Assembly (NCBI GenBank): GCA_951406725.2
Contig: OX597816.1
Span: forward strand, 7,688,001-7,752,000
Reading direction: 5' to 3'
Length of the DNA: 64,000 nt
Source: Octopus vulgaris
Lineage: Eukaryota
The position numbers and the translations under genes were made by a program. Positions 12,020 through 26,117 of this stretch are shown one piece after another. Position 1 is the stretch's first letter. Each line of letters starts with the position of its first letter. The notes beneath the pieces are model-generated. The model did no database searches and was not told the DNA's origin. It worked only from the letters and a program-made list of their open reading frames with translations.

Positions 12020-12860
12020 TGCAGTTGCTCTTCAAGCTCTATATGCATTGAGCCAACTCAATGACTTTATTTCCATCAATATGTCAGAAGGAAAAGTGGA
12101 AGTTTGCATAACAGTTTTTAAAATTGTCTTCACATAAAGCAACGTCATTTGTCTTCTTGATTACATTCTCTTATAACTTCAACTTCATAAGCAAGTGCGT
12201 TTATCAAACATGCCTGATCAAGCAGGCAAGCGTCATGGTCTCAATGGGTACAACTGGAAGTGAACTTTGGCCACTCTTACAACTGATAACATTCTTCGTA
12301 TTGGGGCAGCAGCTGTATGATGTTTTTATCAGGTGTCTGTTAAAAATATTCCTGTATGTTTATCTGAAAGAACCAGGAATTTCTTACCAATGTGAGTTTT
12401 TAACATTTAGGGAGAACTGGGGAGAGTGGGGTGAACCATATTATTTCCTGAGGTATATTTTTAGGTCTGTGTTGTAATATACCTTATCTCTGAAGCTGCT
12501 GTTAGCTAGGACATTGTATTAATTAAGAGGAAGCTACCTTATCAAACAATTCTACTGAAGAGAGATTGGATATCTTATCGCTGATGTCATCTATCTGATT
12601 TGTAAACACCATCGATGACAGGGCTTTTTCTGTATTGAGAAGAGTTTCTCACGAAAGTCCTTTTGAAATCTTATTTGGCACTTGTTACTCAGTTTCATCT
12701 CAACGCCATGCTGACACGTCACTGATAGCATTTTATGGGAAGTGGTGTAACCAAAACTTGAGCCTTCCTTTCTATGGTAAGTTCTCATGTCTTTAGTGCC
12801 CCAATAGCCACATATATATGATGGCTGCTCCCTCGTTATCGAGTATGGCCATTGCACGAA
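12020..12860 (-). pseudogene. Degraded Penelope-like retroelement ORF (RT-to-GIY-YIG linker region)
   Basis: Frameshifted minus-strand peptides DISDKISNLSSVELFDKVA, IIWFTP..FSLNVKTHIGKKFL, RNIFNRHLIKTSYSCCPN, CLLDQACLINALAYEVEV resemble the Penelope motif IIWFNPPFS..VKTNIG..F...FNR..VK.SYSC.PN. Confidence 0.7.
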
Positions 12861-12869
12861 GCTTAACTG

Positions 12870-13100
12870 TTATTGGTACTGTGATCGAATGTGACTTTTT
12901 AGCCCAGCTACAGATCTACAAAGTCTTGTACAGAATTGGCAACTAAAACCTTTACTGGTAATAGCCGACTGTAGTTGTAACTGGGCTTCATGTACCTTTG
13001 CATGTCGTTTAAGTCCTCCTGCCGAATTACACTCTCTTCCACATGCCTGACAGATATGATTAGTACGGTGTGTAACACCACCACCAGGGGCCAGGTTGTC
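12870..13100 (-). pseudogene. Two C2H2-type zinc fingers, most likely the C-terminus of an RTE-clade LINE ORF
   Basis: HICQACGRECNSAGGLKRHAKVH ... FSCQFCTRLCRSVAGLKSHIRS; second finger lacks final His; no upstream ORF. Confidence 0.5.
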
Positions 13101-13365
13101 ACTCATCTGTCTCGCTTTATACATACATACATACATATTCTTGACGTCATAAGAAATGATAGACTTCGAGAGAAAGTGAAATAAAGTTTGTTTGGAAGGA
13201 TAGATCTGGAAGTAGATAAATAATAGTGTGAAAATTCTGGTTTAAAAAAAAACTTCTTCGACAGAAAAAGTTGAAGACTGCCTGTGGGACTCCGATTCAC
13301 ATCTCTTGTAAACATGAAATTCTCTATAGCTTCTTTATCTGCTTTGAGGTTGCCCATTCTAATAT

Positions 13366-13627
<262 letters not shown>

Positions 13628-14344
13628 TACTATAATTCAAATAAGAAAATGGAGAAACAAATTTAGTTATCGCATCAACTTACAGATATTATAATGTTAG
13701 ATTATTTATTCATTTTACAAATGAGGACATCAAAAGCATACAAAATATTATATAAATCAATAGATAAGATAATAATACAAATACAGATTTTAACATTTTC
13801 TTATTTGTATTATAAATTTACAGTAAAAATATTTCTTTACCTTCACCCGTTTAATACAGTAAATGAATTAATTGCATTACAATTAAAAACATTTATGTAT
13901 TAAGAATTTGGGTACTTTACCAACAGTATATTGGATAAATAACCCCAATCTTACTTTGTACTATATATATATATATATCACCGTGAAAGGAAAATGACGG
14001 CAGTAATTAGAGTTATCACCATGACTGACCAGGCTATCAGATGTTGCTACACATCGCTGATCACAATGCGCTTCGCCTTGTTTTAGCCTTCGAATGACGC
14101 CACCCCGCTGGCTAAGCGAGCAGGCCAAGAGAAGAAAGAGTGAGAGAAAGTTGTGGTGAAAGAGTACAGCAGGGATCGCTACCACCCCCTGCCGGAGCTT
14201 TGTGGAGCTTTTAGGTGTTTTCACTCAATAAACACTCACAACGCCTAGTCTGGGAATTGAAACCGCGATCTTACAACCGTCAGTCCGCTGCCCTAACCAC
14301 TGGGCCATTGCACCTCCACATATATATATATATATATATAAAAT

Positions 14345-14596
14345 AATAAAATAAATGTGCCCTTTTTTAAAGCCTAGCCAGGCTCAAGGGCCCGGTTTCT
14401 ATGGCGTATGTGTTACCCAGCTGGATGGGACGCCAGTCTATCGCAGCGTTACTCATTTTTGCCAGCAGAGTGGACCGGAGCAACATGAAATGAAGTGTTT
14501 TGCTCAAGAAAACAACGTGTCGCCCGGTCCAGGAATCGAAACCACAATCTTACGATCATGATGCTGACACCCTAACCACTAAGCCATGCACCTCCA
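14345..14596 (-). mobile_element. tRNA-derived SINE family D
   Basis: Minus-strand head GGAGGTGCATGGCTTAGTGGTTAGGG...GGTTTCGATTCC, CORE-like TTGAGCAAAACACTT; related head at 41690-42020 (+). Confidence 0.75.
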
Positions 14597-14669
14597 CACA
14601 CACCGCATGTGTACCATTGGCGATTTTTTTTCCTCTGTCTTCCCTTCTCTGGATCTTTCCTTCTCCTAT

Positions 14670-14704
14670 GTTTCTGACGAAGAGCTCCGCTCGAAACGTT
14701 AAAC
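14670..14704 (+). ncRNA. Minimal type I hammerhead ribozyme motif (Penelope pLTR type)
   Basis: gttt-CTGACGA-a-gagc(tcc)gctc-GAAA-cg-TT-aaac; palindromic ACGT in place of stem III. Confidence 0.65.
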
Positions 14705-14792
14705 CCTCCTTCTTTCCTGAGCATCCAATAATACTATATTTGTTCTACGTCCTTGCGCTGTTGTGTTTTTTTGTGCTTTCATGTTTGGATTA

Positions 14793-14845
<53 letters not shown>

Positions 14846-14996
14846 GGTGAATGAATTATCCTATGTTTATCGTCAGCATGGAAAATTCGTTTAACCGAAA
14901 CCTGGATAGCAAATTCACGTCAGAAACATGGTTGAAACTCCAAGGGTAGAAACTCCGGGTTCATGTGCAGAAATTTGTGTGTTGTATATGAATAAA

Positions 14997-15099
14997 TGAA
15001 AGAATGGAGTCGAACGAAGATGTTAACAAAATTTCTTTACTCTTGAAACATATGTCGAGAGTAAAGGAATATTGTTAACATCTTCGTTCGACTCCATTC

Positions 15100-15104
<5 letters not shown>
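14997..15104. repeat. ~50-bp-arm inverted repeat within (TA)n-flanked Penelope-like insert
   Basis: GAAAGAATGGAGTCGAACGAAGATGTTAACAA ... TTGTTAACATCTTCGTTCGACTCCATTCTTTC. Confidence 0.7.
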
Positions 15105-15136
<32 letters not shown>

Positions 15137-15189
15137 TGCATGTGTATATACATACGCACATACATACTTTTATATCCTTTTCTTTTACA

Positions 15190-16440
15190 TGACGCACAAC
15201 TATTACTATTACAGGAGATTCAACGTTCCCATAATCACGGCTCACTGCTTACCAACCAAACTGTTTTTACCAATCAGTCACAGTTCATTATTTTATAACA
15301 AATGAATCAGTCCACCTTTTAGTCACTTTGGGGGTGGTAGGAATCCTTCCGCAACATTTCCCCTTTTGAGAATTGAACTCCGCTCAGTTTCAGTATCTCT
15401 TACACTTAGGGCCCAATTCTAGTATTTCCCTTCTTTTCCATTTTCTGGTGCTAGAACTCTCTTTTACTCTTTTACTTGTTTCAGTCATTTTGACTGCGGC
15501 CATGCTGGAGCACCACCTTTAATCGAGCAACTCGACCCCAGGACTTATTCTTTTTGTAAACCCAGTACTTATTCTATCGGTCTCTTTTGCCGAACCGCTA
15601 AGTAACGGAGACATAAACACACCAGCATTGGTTGTCAAGCAATGCTAGGGGGACAAACACACACACACATATATATATATATACATATATACGACGGGCT
15701 TCTTTTCAGTTTCCGTCTACCAAATCCACTCACAAGGCTTTGGTCAGCCCGAGGCTATAGTAGAAGACACTTGCCCAAGGTGCCACGCAGTGGGACTGAA
15801 CCCGGAACCATGTGGTTGGTAAGCAAGCTACTTACCACACACCCACTCCTGCACCTATATGTTTTTTATGTTTGATATTTTTTCCTTTTACCAGGAATAA
15901 CCTTCTTCCAATTGGTTTAATAACTGCTCTGTCCTCCCAGCCTTCTTGCCATATCTATAGGTTTTTAAAAAAAAGCTTTGTCACCTAACTTGAAGAATTT
16001 TGAATTTTTTGTAGTTCACCTCATTTCTATTTCCACTGTGTATCAGCTTATCAAAGATAGATCTGATCTTTCTAGCAAACATCAACCCCAGCAGGTGACA
16101 TTCCGGACAGGGGATTAGGATTAGCTGTTACTCGGTATACTCTTAGAAATTGCTGAAATGGAAATGTCGACAAAATGCTCTGCTTGTCAATTTGACCTAA
16201 AACGGTTGGGCGGAGTGGTGACATGTTTGATGACAAAACAAAATTTTCTGAACTCGGCTGACGTAAATTGAGTTCCATTATCTGACACAATGATATCAAG
16301 AATACCGCACCTGGTGAACAATTCATATAAAAAGCTTACTGTAACCGTAGATATCAGTTTTTTTACAGTTATGAACTTCTAACCACTTTGAAAAACTGTC
16401 CACCACAACCAGTTAATATGCACTCTTAAGTGTACCTACG
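15190..16440 (-). mobile_element. Ty3/Gypsy LTR-retrotransposon remnant: integrase core and C-terminus, PPT and putative 3' LTR; interrupted by SINE-A (15457-15857)
   Basis: Minus-strand frameshifted peptides LVVVDSFSKWLEV, GILDIIVSDNGTQFTSAEFRKF, FLRVYRVT..P...SGMSPA, LMFARKIRSIFDKL; purine tract AAAAGGGGAAA directly before TGTTG at 15356; candidate LTR end CA at 15190. Confidence 0.8.
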
Positions 16441-16461
16441 TAATCAACATACAGTCTAGAC

Positions 16462-16662
16462 CACTGGTTTTCAACCAGGGTTCTGCCAGTACAGTCCAGG
16501 GGTTCCGCAAGAAGTTACAAAACTGCTAAAATCGGCAGTAATTTTTAATTCTCCTGTGCAGATATGTGTGCATAAGACTATTAAATTATTGCACAGGGGT
16601 TCCTCGAGCCAGTGGAATGTTTCCTTGGGGTTCCGCTCCAGCAAAAATGTTGAAAAACACTG
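16462..16662. mobile_element. hAT (Charlie-like) MITE, present once per tandem unit
   Basis: TIR CACTGGTTTTCAAC / GTTGAAAAACACTG; 8-bp TSD GTCTAGAC; independent inverted copy at 38292-38510. Confidence 0.85.
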
Positions 16663-16734
16663 GTCTAGACCATAGAATATCTGTTTTTATGCACGGTTGC
16701 CATTTAACGGAAGGTGTTTTTGCAGCTAAGGCAC

Positions 16735-17077
16735 ACCGACCCCAGCGTATAACTGGTACTTATTTAATCAACCCCGAAAGGATGAAAGGCAAAGTCGACC
16801 TTGACGGAATTTGAACTCAGAACCTAGCGGCAGACGAAATACCTATTTCTTTATTACCCAAAAGGGGCTAAATACAGGGGGGACAAACTAGGACAGACAT
16901 AGGTATTAAGTCGATTATATTGACTCCAGTGTGTAACTGGTACTTAATTTATCGACCCCGAAAGGATGAAAGGCAAAGTTGACCCTGGCGGAATTTGAAC
17001 TCAGAACCTAGCGGCAGATGAAATACCACTAAGCATTTTGCCCAGTGTGCTAACGTTTCTGCCAGCTCGCCGCCTTA
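16735..17077 (-). mobile_element. SINE family B dimer (once per tandem unit)
   Basis: Head at 17077 (minus), internal unit junction GAAATA|GGTATTTCG near 16840. Confidence 0.85.
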
Positions 17078-17139
17078 GGCTCTAGTAAATTCTGTCTTTT
17101 TTGTTTAGTTCTACATTGAAGCAGGAACATTAACCAAAC

Positions 17140-17191
<52 letters not shown>

Positions 17192-19014
17192 TGTGTGTCT
17201 GTGTATATGTTCAAACTGAAATGAAGTGAGGATTTTGTCTATAAATAGAATGTAGCTACTTCCGGTACAATAAGTATAAGTGGATTGTCTGCACCTAGGT
17301 CGGTTTCTAAACCCTTGACTCGTGTTTCCGACTTGATACTTGATCTCTTTGACTGTAAACACTGACATCACGATTAAAAATATCAGCCATATTAAAAATC
17401 TACCCAGAACAACTGTTTGGGAAATCACTAAAGATTACCTTAAATTGTTTGGTACCAACTTTTGCCGAACTGCTAAGTAACGGAGACATAAACACACCAG
17501 CATTGGTTGTCAAGCAATGCTAGGGGGACAAACACACACACACATATATATATATATACATATATACGACGGGCTTCTTTTCAGTTTCCGTCTACCAAAT
17601 CCACTCACAAGGCTTTGGTCAGCCCGAGGCTATAGTAGAAGACACTTGCCCAAGGTGCCACGCAGTGGGACTGAACCCGGAACCATGTGGTTGGTAAGCA
17701 AGCTACTTACCACACACCCACTCCTGCACCTATATGTTTTTTATGTTTGATATTTTTTCCTTTTACCAGGAATAACCTTCTTCCAATTGGTTTAATAACT
17801 GCTCTGTCCTCCCAGCCTTCTTGCCATATCTATAGGTTTTTAAAAAAAGCTTTGTCACCTAACTTGAAGAATTTTGAATTTTTTTGTAGTTCACCTCATT
17901 TCTATTTCCACTGTGTATCAGCTTATCAAAGATAGATCTGATCTTTCTAGCAAACATCAACCCCAGCAGGTGACATTCCGGACAGGGGATTAGGATTAGC
18001 TGTTACTCGGTATACTCTTAGAAATTGCTGAAATGGAAATGTCGACAAAATGCTCTGCTTGTCAATTTGACCTAAAACGGTTGGGCGGAGTGGTGACATG
18101 TTTGATGACAAAACAAAATTTTCTGAACTCGGCTGACGTAAATTGAGTTCCATTATCTGACACAATGATATCAAGAATACCGCACCTGGTGAACAATTCA
18201 TATAAAAAGCTTACTGTAACCGTAGATATCAGTTTTTTTACAGTTATGAACTTCTAACCACTTTGAAAAACTGTCCACCACAACCAGTTAATATGCACTC
18301 TTAAGTGTACCTACGTAATCAACATACAGTCTAGACCACTGGTTTTCAACCAGGGTTCTGCCAGTACAGTCCAGGGGTTCCGCAAGAAGTTACAAAACTG
18401 CTAAAATCGGCAGTAATTTTTAATTCTCCTGTGCAGATATGTGTGCATAAGACTATTAAATTATTGCACAGGGGTTCCTCGAGCCAGTGGAATGTTTCCT
18501 TGGGGTTCCGCTCCAGCAAAAATGTTGAAAAACACTGGTCTAGACCATAGAATATCTGTTTTTATGCACGGTTGCCATTTAACGGAAGGTGTTTTTGCAG
18601 CTAAGGCACACCGACCCCAGCGTATAACTGGTACTTATTTAATCAACCCCGAAAGGATGAAAGGCAAAGTCGACCTTGACGGAATTTGAACTCAGAACCT
18701 AGCGGCAGACGAAATACCTATTTCTTTATTACCCAAAAGGGGCTAAATACAGGGGGGACAAACTAGGACAGACATAGGTATTAAGTCGATTATATTGACT
18801 CCAGTGTGTAACTGGTACTTAATTTATCGACCCCGAAAGGATGAAAGGCAAAGTTGACCCTGGCGGAATTTGAACTCAGAACCTAGCGGCAGATGAAATA
18901 CCACTAAGCATTTTGCCCAGTGTGCTAACGTTTCTGCCAGCTCGCCGCCTTAGGCTCTAGTAAATTCTGTCTTTTTTGTTTAGTTCTACATTGAAGCAGG
19001 AACATTAACCAAAC

Positions 19015-19070
<56 letters not shown>

Positions 19071-20893
19071 TGTGTGTCTGTGTATATGTTCAAACTGAAA
19101 TGAAGTGAGGATTTTGTCTATAAATAGAATGTAGCTACTTCCGGTACAATAAGTATAAGTGGATTGTCTGCACCTAGGTCGGTTTCTAAACCCTTGACTC
19201 GTGTTTCCGACTTGATACTTGATCTCTTTGACTGTAAACACTGACATCACGATTAAAAATATCAGCCATATTAAAAATCTACCCAGAACAACTGTTTGGG
19301 AAATCACTAAAGATTACCTTAAATTGTTTGGTACCAACTTTTGCCGAACTGCTAAGTAACGGAGACATAAACACACCAGCATTGGTTGTCAAGCAATGCT
19401 AGGGGGACAAACACACACACACATATATATATATATACATATATACGACGGGCTTCTTTTCAGTTTCCGTCTACCAAATCCACTCACAAGGCTTTGGTCA
19501 GCCTGAGGCTATAGTAGAAGACACTTGCCCAAGGTGCCACGCAGTGGGACTGAACCCGGAACCATGTGGTTGGTAAGCAAGCTACTTACCACACACCCAC
19601 TCCTGCACCTATATGTTTTTTATGTTTGATATTTTTTCCTTTTACCAGGAATAACCTTCTTCCAATTGGTTTAATAACTGCTCTGTCCTCCCAGCCTTCT
19701 TGCCATATCTATAGGTTTTTAAAAAAAGCTTTGTCACCTAACTTGAAGAATTTTGAATTTTTTTGTAGTTCACCTCATTTCTATTTCCACTGTGTATCAG
19801 CTTATCAAAGATAGATCTGATCTTTCTAGCAAACATCAACCCCAGCAGGTGACATTCCGGACAGGGGATTAGGATTAGCTGTTACTCGGTATACTCTTAG
19901 AAATTGCTGAAATGGAAATGTCGACAAAATGCTCTGCTTGTCAATTTGACCTAAAACGGTTGGGCGGAGTGGTGACATGTTTGATGACAAAACAAAATTT
20001 TCTGAACTCGGCTGACGTAAATTGAGTTCCATTATCTGACACAATGATATCAAGAATACCGCACCTGGTGAACAATTCATATAAAAAGCTTACTGTAACC
20101 GTAGATATCAGTTTTTTTACAGTTATGAACTTCTAACCACTTTGAAAAACTGTCCACCACAACCAGTTAATATGCACTCTTAAGTGTACCTACGTAATCA
20201 ACATACAGTCTAGACCACTGGTTTTCAACCAGGGTTCTGCCAGTACAGTCCAGGGGTTCCGCAAGAAGTTACAAAACTGCTAAAATCGGCAGTAATTTTT
20301 AATTCTCCTGTGCAGATATGTGTGCATAAGACTATTAAATTATTGCACAGGGGTTCCTCGAGCCAGTGGAATGTTTCCTTGGGGTTCCGCTCCAGCAAAA
20401 ATGTTGAAAAACACTGGTCTAGACCATAGAATATCTGTTTTTATGCACGGTTGCCATTTAACGGAAGGTGTTTTTGCAGCTAAGGCACACCGACCCCAGC
20501 GTATAACTGGTACTTATTTAATCAACCCCGAAAGGATGAAAGGCAAAGTCGACCTTGACGGAATTTGAACTCAGAACCTAGCGGCAGACGAAATACCTAT
20601 TTCTTTATTACCCAAAAGGGGCTAAATACAGGGGGGACAAACTAGGACAGACATAGGTATTAAGTCGATTATATTGACTCCAGTGTGTAACTGGTACTTA
20701 ATTTATCGACCCCGAAAGGATGAAAGGCAAAGTTGACCCTGGCGGAATTTGAACTCAGAACCTAGCGGCAGATGAAATACCACTAAGCATTTTGCCCAGT
20801 GTGCTAACGTTTCTGCCAGCTCGCCGCCTTAGGCTCTAGTAAATTCTGTCTTTTTTGTTTAGTTCTACATTGAAGCAGGAACATTAACCAAAC

Positions 20894-20947
<54 letters not shown>

Positions 20948-22770
20948 TGTGTGTCTGTGTATATGTTCAAACTGAAATGAAGTGAGGATTTTGTCTATAA
21001 ATAGAATGTAGCTACTTCCGGTACAATAAGTATAAGTGGATTGTCTGCACCTAGGTCGGTTTCTAAACCCTTGACTCGTGTTTCCGACTTGATACTTGAT
21101 CTCTTTGACTGTAAACACTGACATCACGATTAAAAATATCAGCCATATTAAAAATCTACCCAGAACAACTGTTTGGGAAATCACTAAAGATTACCTTAAA
21201 TTGTTTGGTACCAACTTTTGCCGAACTGCTAAGTAACGGAGACATAAACACACCAGCATTGGTTGTCAAGCAATGCTAGGGGGACAAACACACACACACA
21301 CATATATATATATACATATATACGACGGGCTTCTTTTCAGTTTCCGTCTACCAAATCCACTCACAAGGCTTTGGTCAGCCCGAGGCTATAGTAGAAGACA
21401 CTTGCCCAAGGTGCCACGCAGTGGGACTGAACCCGGAACCATGTGGTTGGTAAGCAAGCTACTTACCACACACCCACTCCTGCACCTATATGTTTTTTAT
21501 GTTTGATATTTTTTCCTTTTACCAGGAATAACCTTCTTCCAATTGGTTTAATAACTGCTCTGTCCTCCCAGCCTTCTTGCCATATCTATAGGTTTTTAAA
21601 AAAAAGCTTTGTCACCTAACTTGAAGAATTTTGAATTTTTTTGTAGTTCACCTCATTTCTATTTCCACTGTGTATCAGCTTATCAAAGATAGATCTGATC
21701 TTTCTAGCAAACATCAACCCCAGCAGGTGACATTCCGGACAGGGGATTAGGATTAGCTGTTACTCGGTATACTCTTAGAAATTGCTGAAATGGAAATGTC
21801 GACAAAATGCTCTGCTTGTCAATTTGACCTAAAACGGTTGGGCGGAGTGGTGACATGTTTGATGACAAAACAAAATTTTCTGAACTCGGCTGACGTAAAT
21901 TGAGTTCCATTATCTGACACAATGATATCAAGAATACCGCACCTGGTGAACAATTCATATAAAAAGCTTACTGTAACCGTAGATATCAGTTTTTTTACAG
22001 TTATGAACTTCTAACCACTTTGAAAAACTGTCCACCACAACCAGTTAATATGCACTCTTAAGTGTACCTACGTAATCAACATACAGTCTAGACCACTGGT
22101 TTTCAACCAGGGTTCTGCCAGTACAGTCCAGGGGTTCCGCAAGAAGTTACAAAACTGCTAAAATCGGCAGTAATTTTTAATTCTCCTGTGCAGATATGTG
22201 TGCATAAGACTATTAAATTATTGCACAGGGGTTCCTCGAGCCAGTGGAATGTTTCCTTGGGGTTCCGCTCCAGCAAAAATGTTGAAAAACACTGGTCTAG
22301 ACCATAGAATATCTGTTTTTATGCACGGTTGCCATTTAACGGAAGGTGTTTTTGCAGCTAAGGCACACCGACCCCAGCGTATAACTGGTACTTATTTAAT
22401 CAACCCCGAAAGGATGAAAGGCAAAGTCGACCTTGACGGAATTTGAACTCAGAACCTAGCGGCAGACGAAATACCTATTTCTTTATTACCCAAAAGGGGC
22501 TAAATACAGGGGGGACAAACTAGGACAGACATAGGTATTAAGTCGATTATATTGACTCCAGTGTGTAACTGGTACTTAATTTATCGACCCGAAAGGATGA
22601 AAGGCAAAGTTGACCCTGGCGGAATTTGAACTCAGAACCTAGCGGCAGATGAAATACCACTAAGCATTTTGCCCAGTGTGCTAACGTTTCTGCCAGCTCG
22701 CCGCCTTAGGCTCTAGTAAATTCTGTCTTTTTTGTTTAGTTCTACATTGAAGCAGGAACATTAACCAAAC

Positions 22771-22820
<50 letters not shown>

Positions 22821-24643
22821 TGTGTGTCTGTGTATATGTTCAAACTGAAATGAAGTGAGGATTTTGTCTATAAATAGAATGTAGCTACTTCCGGTACAAT
22901 AAGTATAAGTGGATTGTCTGCACCTAGGTCGGTTTCTAAACCCTTGACTCGTGTTTCCGACTTGATACTTGATCTCTTTGACTGTAAACACTGACATCAC
23001 GATTAAAAATATCAGCCATATTAAAAATCTACCCAGAACAACTGTTTGGGAAATCACTAAAGATTACCTTAAATTGTTTGGTACCAACTTTTGCCGAACT
23101 GCTAAGTAACGGAGACATAAACACACCAGCATTGGTTGTCAAGCAATGCTAGGGGGACAAACACACACACACATATATATATATATACATATATACGACG
23201 GGCTTCTTTTCAGTTTCCGTCTACCAAATCCACTCACAAGGCTTTGGTCAGCCTGAGGCTATAGTAGAAGACACTTGCCCAAGGTGCCACGCAGTGGGAC
23301 TGAACCCGGAACCATGTGGTTGGTAAGCAAGCTACTTACCACACACCCACTCCTGCACCTATATGTTTTTTATGTTTGATATTTTTTCCTTTTACCAGGA
23401 ATAACCTTCTTCCAATTGGTTTAATAACTGCTCTGTCCTCCCAGCCTTCTTGCCATATCTATAGGTTTTTAAAAAAAGCTTTGTCACCTAACTTGAAGAA
23501 TTTTGAATTTTTTTGTAGTTCACCTCATTTCTATTTCCACTGTGTATCAGCTTATCAAAGATAGATCTGATCTTTCTAGCAAACATCAACCCCAGCAGGT
23601 GACATTCCGGACAGGGGATTAGGATTAGCTGTTACTCGGTATACTCTTAGAAATTGCTGAAATGGAAATGTCGACAAAATGCTCTGCTTGTCAATTTGAC
23701 CTAAAACGGTTGGGCGGAGTGGTGACATGTTTGATGACAAAACAAAATTTTCTGAACTCGGCTGACGTAAATTGAGTTCCATTATCTGACACAATGATAT
23801 CAAGAATACCGCACCTGGTGAACAATTCATATAAAAAGCTTACTGTAACCGTAGATATCAGTTTTTTTACAGTTATGAACTTCTAACCACTTTGAAAAAC
23901 TGTCCACCACAACCAGTTAATATGCACTCTTAAGTGTACCTACGTAATCAACATACAGTCTAGACCACTGGTTTTCAACCAGGGTTCTGCCAGTACAGTC
24001 CAGGGGTTCCGCAAGAAGTTACAAAACTGCTAAAATCGGCAGTAATTTTTAATTCTCCTGTGCAGATATGTGTGCATAAGACTATTAAATTATTGCACAG
24101 GGGTTCCTCGAGCCAGTGGAATGTTTCCTTGGGGTTCCGCTCCAGCAAAAATGTTGAAAAACACTGGTCTAGACCATAGAATATCTGTTTTTATGCACGG
24201 TTGCCATTTAACGGAAGGTGTTTTTGCAGCTAAGGCACACCGACCCCAGCGTATAACTGGTACTTATTTAATCAACCCCGAAAGGATGAAAGGCAAAGTC
24301 GACCTTGACGGAATTTGAACTCAGAACCTAGCGGCAGACGAAATACCTATTTCTTTATTACCCAAAAGGGGCTAAATACAGGGGGGACAAACTAGGACAG
24401 ACATAGGTATTAAGTCGATTATATTGACTCCAGTGTGTAACTGGTACTTAATTTATCGACCCCGAAAGGATGAAAGGCAAAGTTGACCCTGGCGGAATTT
24501 GAACTCAGAACCTAGCGGCAGATGAAATACCACTAAGCATTTTGCCCAGTGTGCTAACGTTTCTGCCAGCTCGCCGCCTTAGGCTCTAGTAAATTCTGTC
24601 TTTTTTGTTTAGTTCTACATTGAAGCAGGAACATTAACCAAAC

Positions 24644-24695
<52 letters not shown>

Positions 24696-25309
24696 TGTGT
24701 GTCTGTGTATATGTTCAAACTGAAATGAAGTGAGGATTTTGTCTATAAATAGAATGTAGCTACTTCCGGTACAATAAGTATAAGTGGATTGTCTGCACCT
24801 AGGTCGGTTTCTAAACCCTTGACTCGTGTTTCCGACTTGATACTTGATCTCTTTGACTGTAAACACTGACATCACGATTAAAAATATCAGCCATATTAAA
24901 AATCTACCCAGAACAACTGTTTGGGAAATCACTAAAGATTACCTTAAATTGTTTGGTACCAACTGGAATTCTACCCAGGGCTAAATGATTCCGGTTACAA
25001 CCTGCAACTTACATTTTGGCAAACGTTGTTTTCTCTTAATCTTTTTATTTGTTTCATTCCTTAGACTGTGGCCATACTGGAGCATCCCCTTGGAAGATTT
25101 TAGTAAAACGAATCGATCCCAGTACATATTTTTTTTCTTCTGGTACTTATTCTATCGAAGGTTTTTGCTGAACTGCTAAGATGCAGGGATGTAAACACAC
25201 CAACACCTGGTTGTCAAGTGATGGTGGGGGCAAACACAGACACAAAACTTATATATATATATCATCATCATCATCATCTATAATTATATAATTATATATA
25301 TATAATTAT

Positions 25310-25550
25310 TATTTGAGGGAATAAAATCCAAACTTACAAGGAAAAAGAATTCAATTTAGAAATACTAAATCAAATTACACACAATATAATATATATATAA
25401 AATATTAGAAAAAAAACACCTTTTATCAATTCAAAATGAATAATTAAATTACACCATCTAGAAAATTATTTTAATTTTAACTTTTCTAGATGGTGTAATT
25501 TAATTGTTCATTTTAAATTGATAAAAGGTGTTTTTTTTCTATTATTTTAT
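25310..25550. repeat. AT-rich foldback (~65-bp arms) in (TA)n, Penelope-pLTR-like
   Basis: AGAAAAAAAACACCTTTTATCAATT...ACCATCTAGAAAA / TTTTCTAGATGGT...AATTGATAAAAGGTGTTTTTTTTCT. Confidence 0.6.
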
Positions 25551-25559
25551 ATATATATA

Positions 25560-25950
25560 TATATATATAAAGCTGAAGTTGTCTGTGTATGGCAGGTTTG
25601 GTAGCCTTCAGCTAACACTATCTCCTCCGAGACCCTGCGGCGCAAGTTGACTAAAATTGAGAGTATGATAGAAGAAGGATTCCTCTTCCTTCCATAGAAG
25701 ATAAAATTCAAATCGGACCATGTTAACACCAAAAATTATTTACATCAAAAAGGTGCTTTTTTATCTATGAAAATCCCTATTTTTTACGATTTTTTTACTG
25801 CTGTGTCGCCATTTTTTGATGTATTTCAACCAAAAAAATGTTCACTTAAAGAGAATAACAAGCTATATAATGCAAAATACTTTTACTTTTCAAAAATTCC
25901 AATTCTAAAGGGTCGAAACAAACCTGAGCAACGCCAGGTGATACTGCTAG
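25560..25950 (+). mobile_element. Non-autonomous Helitron (family H2)
   Basis: TATATATATAAAG 5' region, subterminal hairpin CCTG-agcaacgc-CAGG, CTAG|T end. Confidence 0.7.
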
Positions 25951-26117
25951 TATATATGTATGTATATATACTAGAAGGTTACAGAGAGGGCCAACTAATT
26001 AGAGAGAGAGTTAGTTTAGATGAGATGCAGTTTGGTTTCGTGCCAGGGAAAAGTACCACTGATGCTATATTCCTGGTAAGGCAGCTGTAGGAGAAATACC
26101 TAGCCAAAGATAAGGCC

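Larger units (their letters stand above)
15585..24964. repeat. Tandem array of 5 near-identical ~1.875-kb units
   Basis: Identical ORFs recur at 16072, 17947, 19826, 21704, 23576 (periods 1875, 1879, 1878, 1872); each unit = partial SINE-A + Gypsy integrase remnant + hAT MITE + SINE-B dimer + (TG)n + ~260 bp unique. Confidence 0.97.

Noticed and set aside
12870-13136. Host C2H2 zinc-finger gene exon
   Set aside because: No TGEKP linker, second finger incomplete, ATG comes from a microsatellite; fits an RTE C-terminus better, though not fully excluded
16072-16326. 84-aa ORF repeated five times as a tandem gene family
   Set aside because: It is a frameshift mosaic of a decayed Gypsy integrase; repetition reflects the DNA duplication
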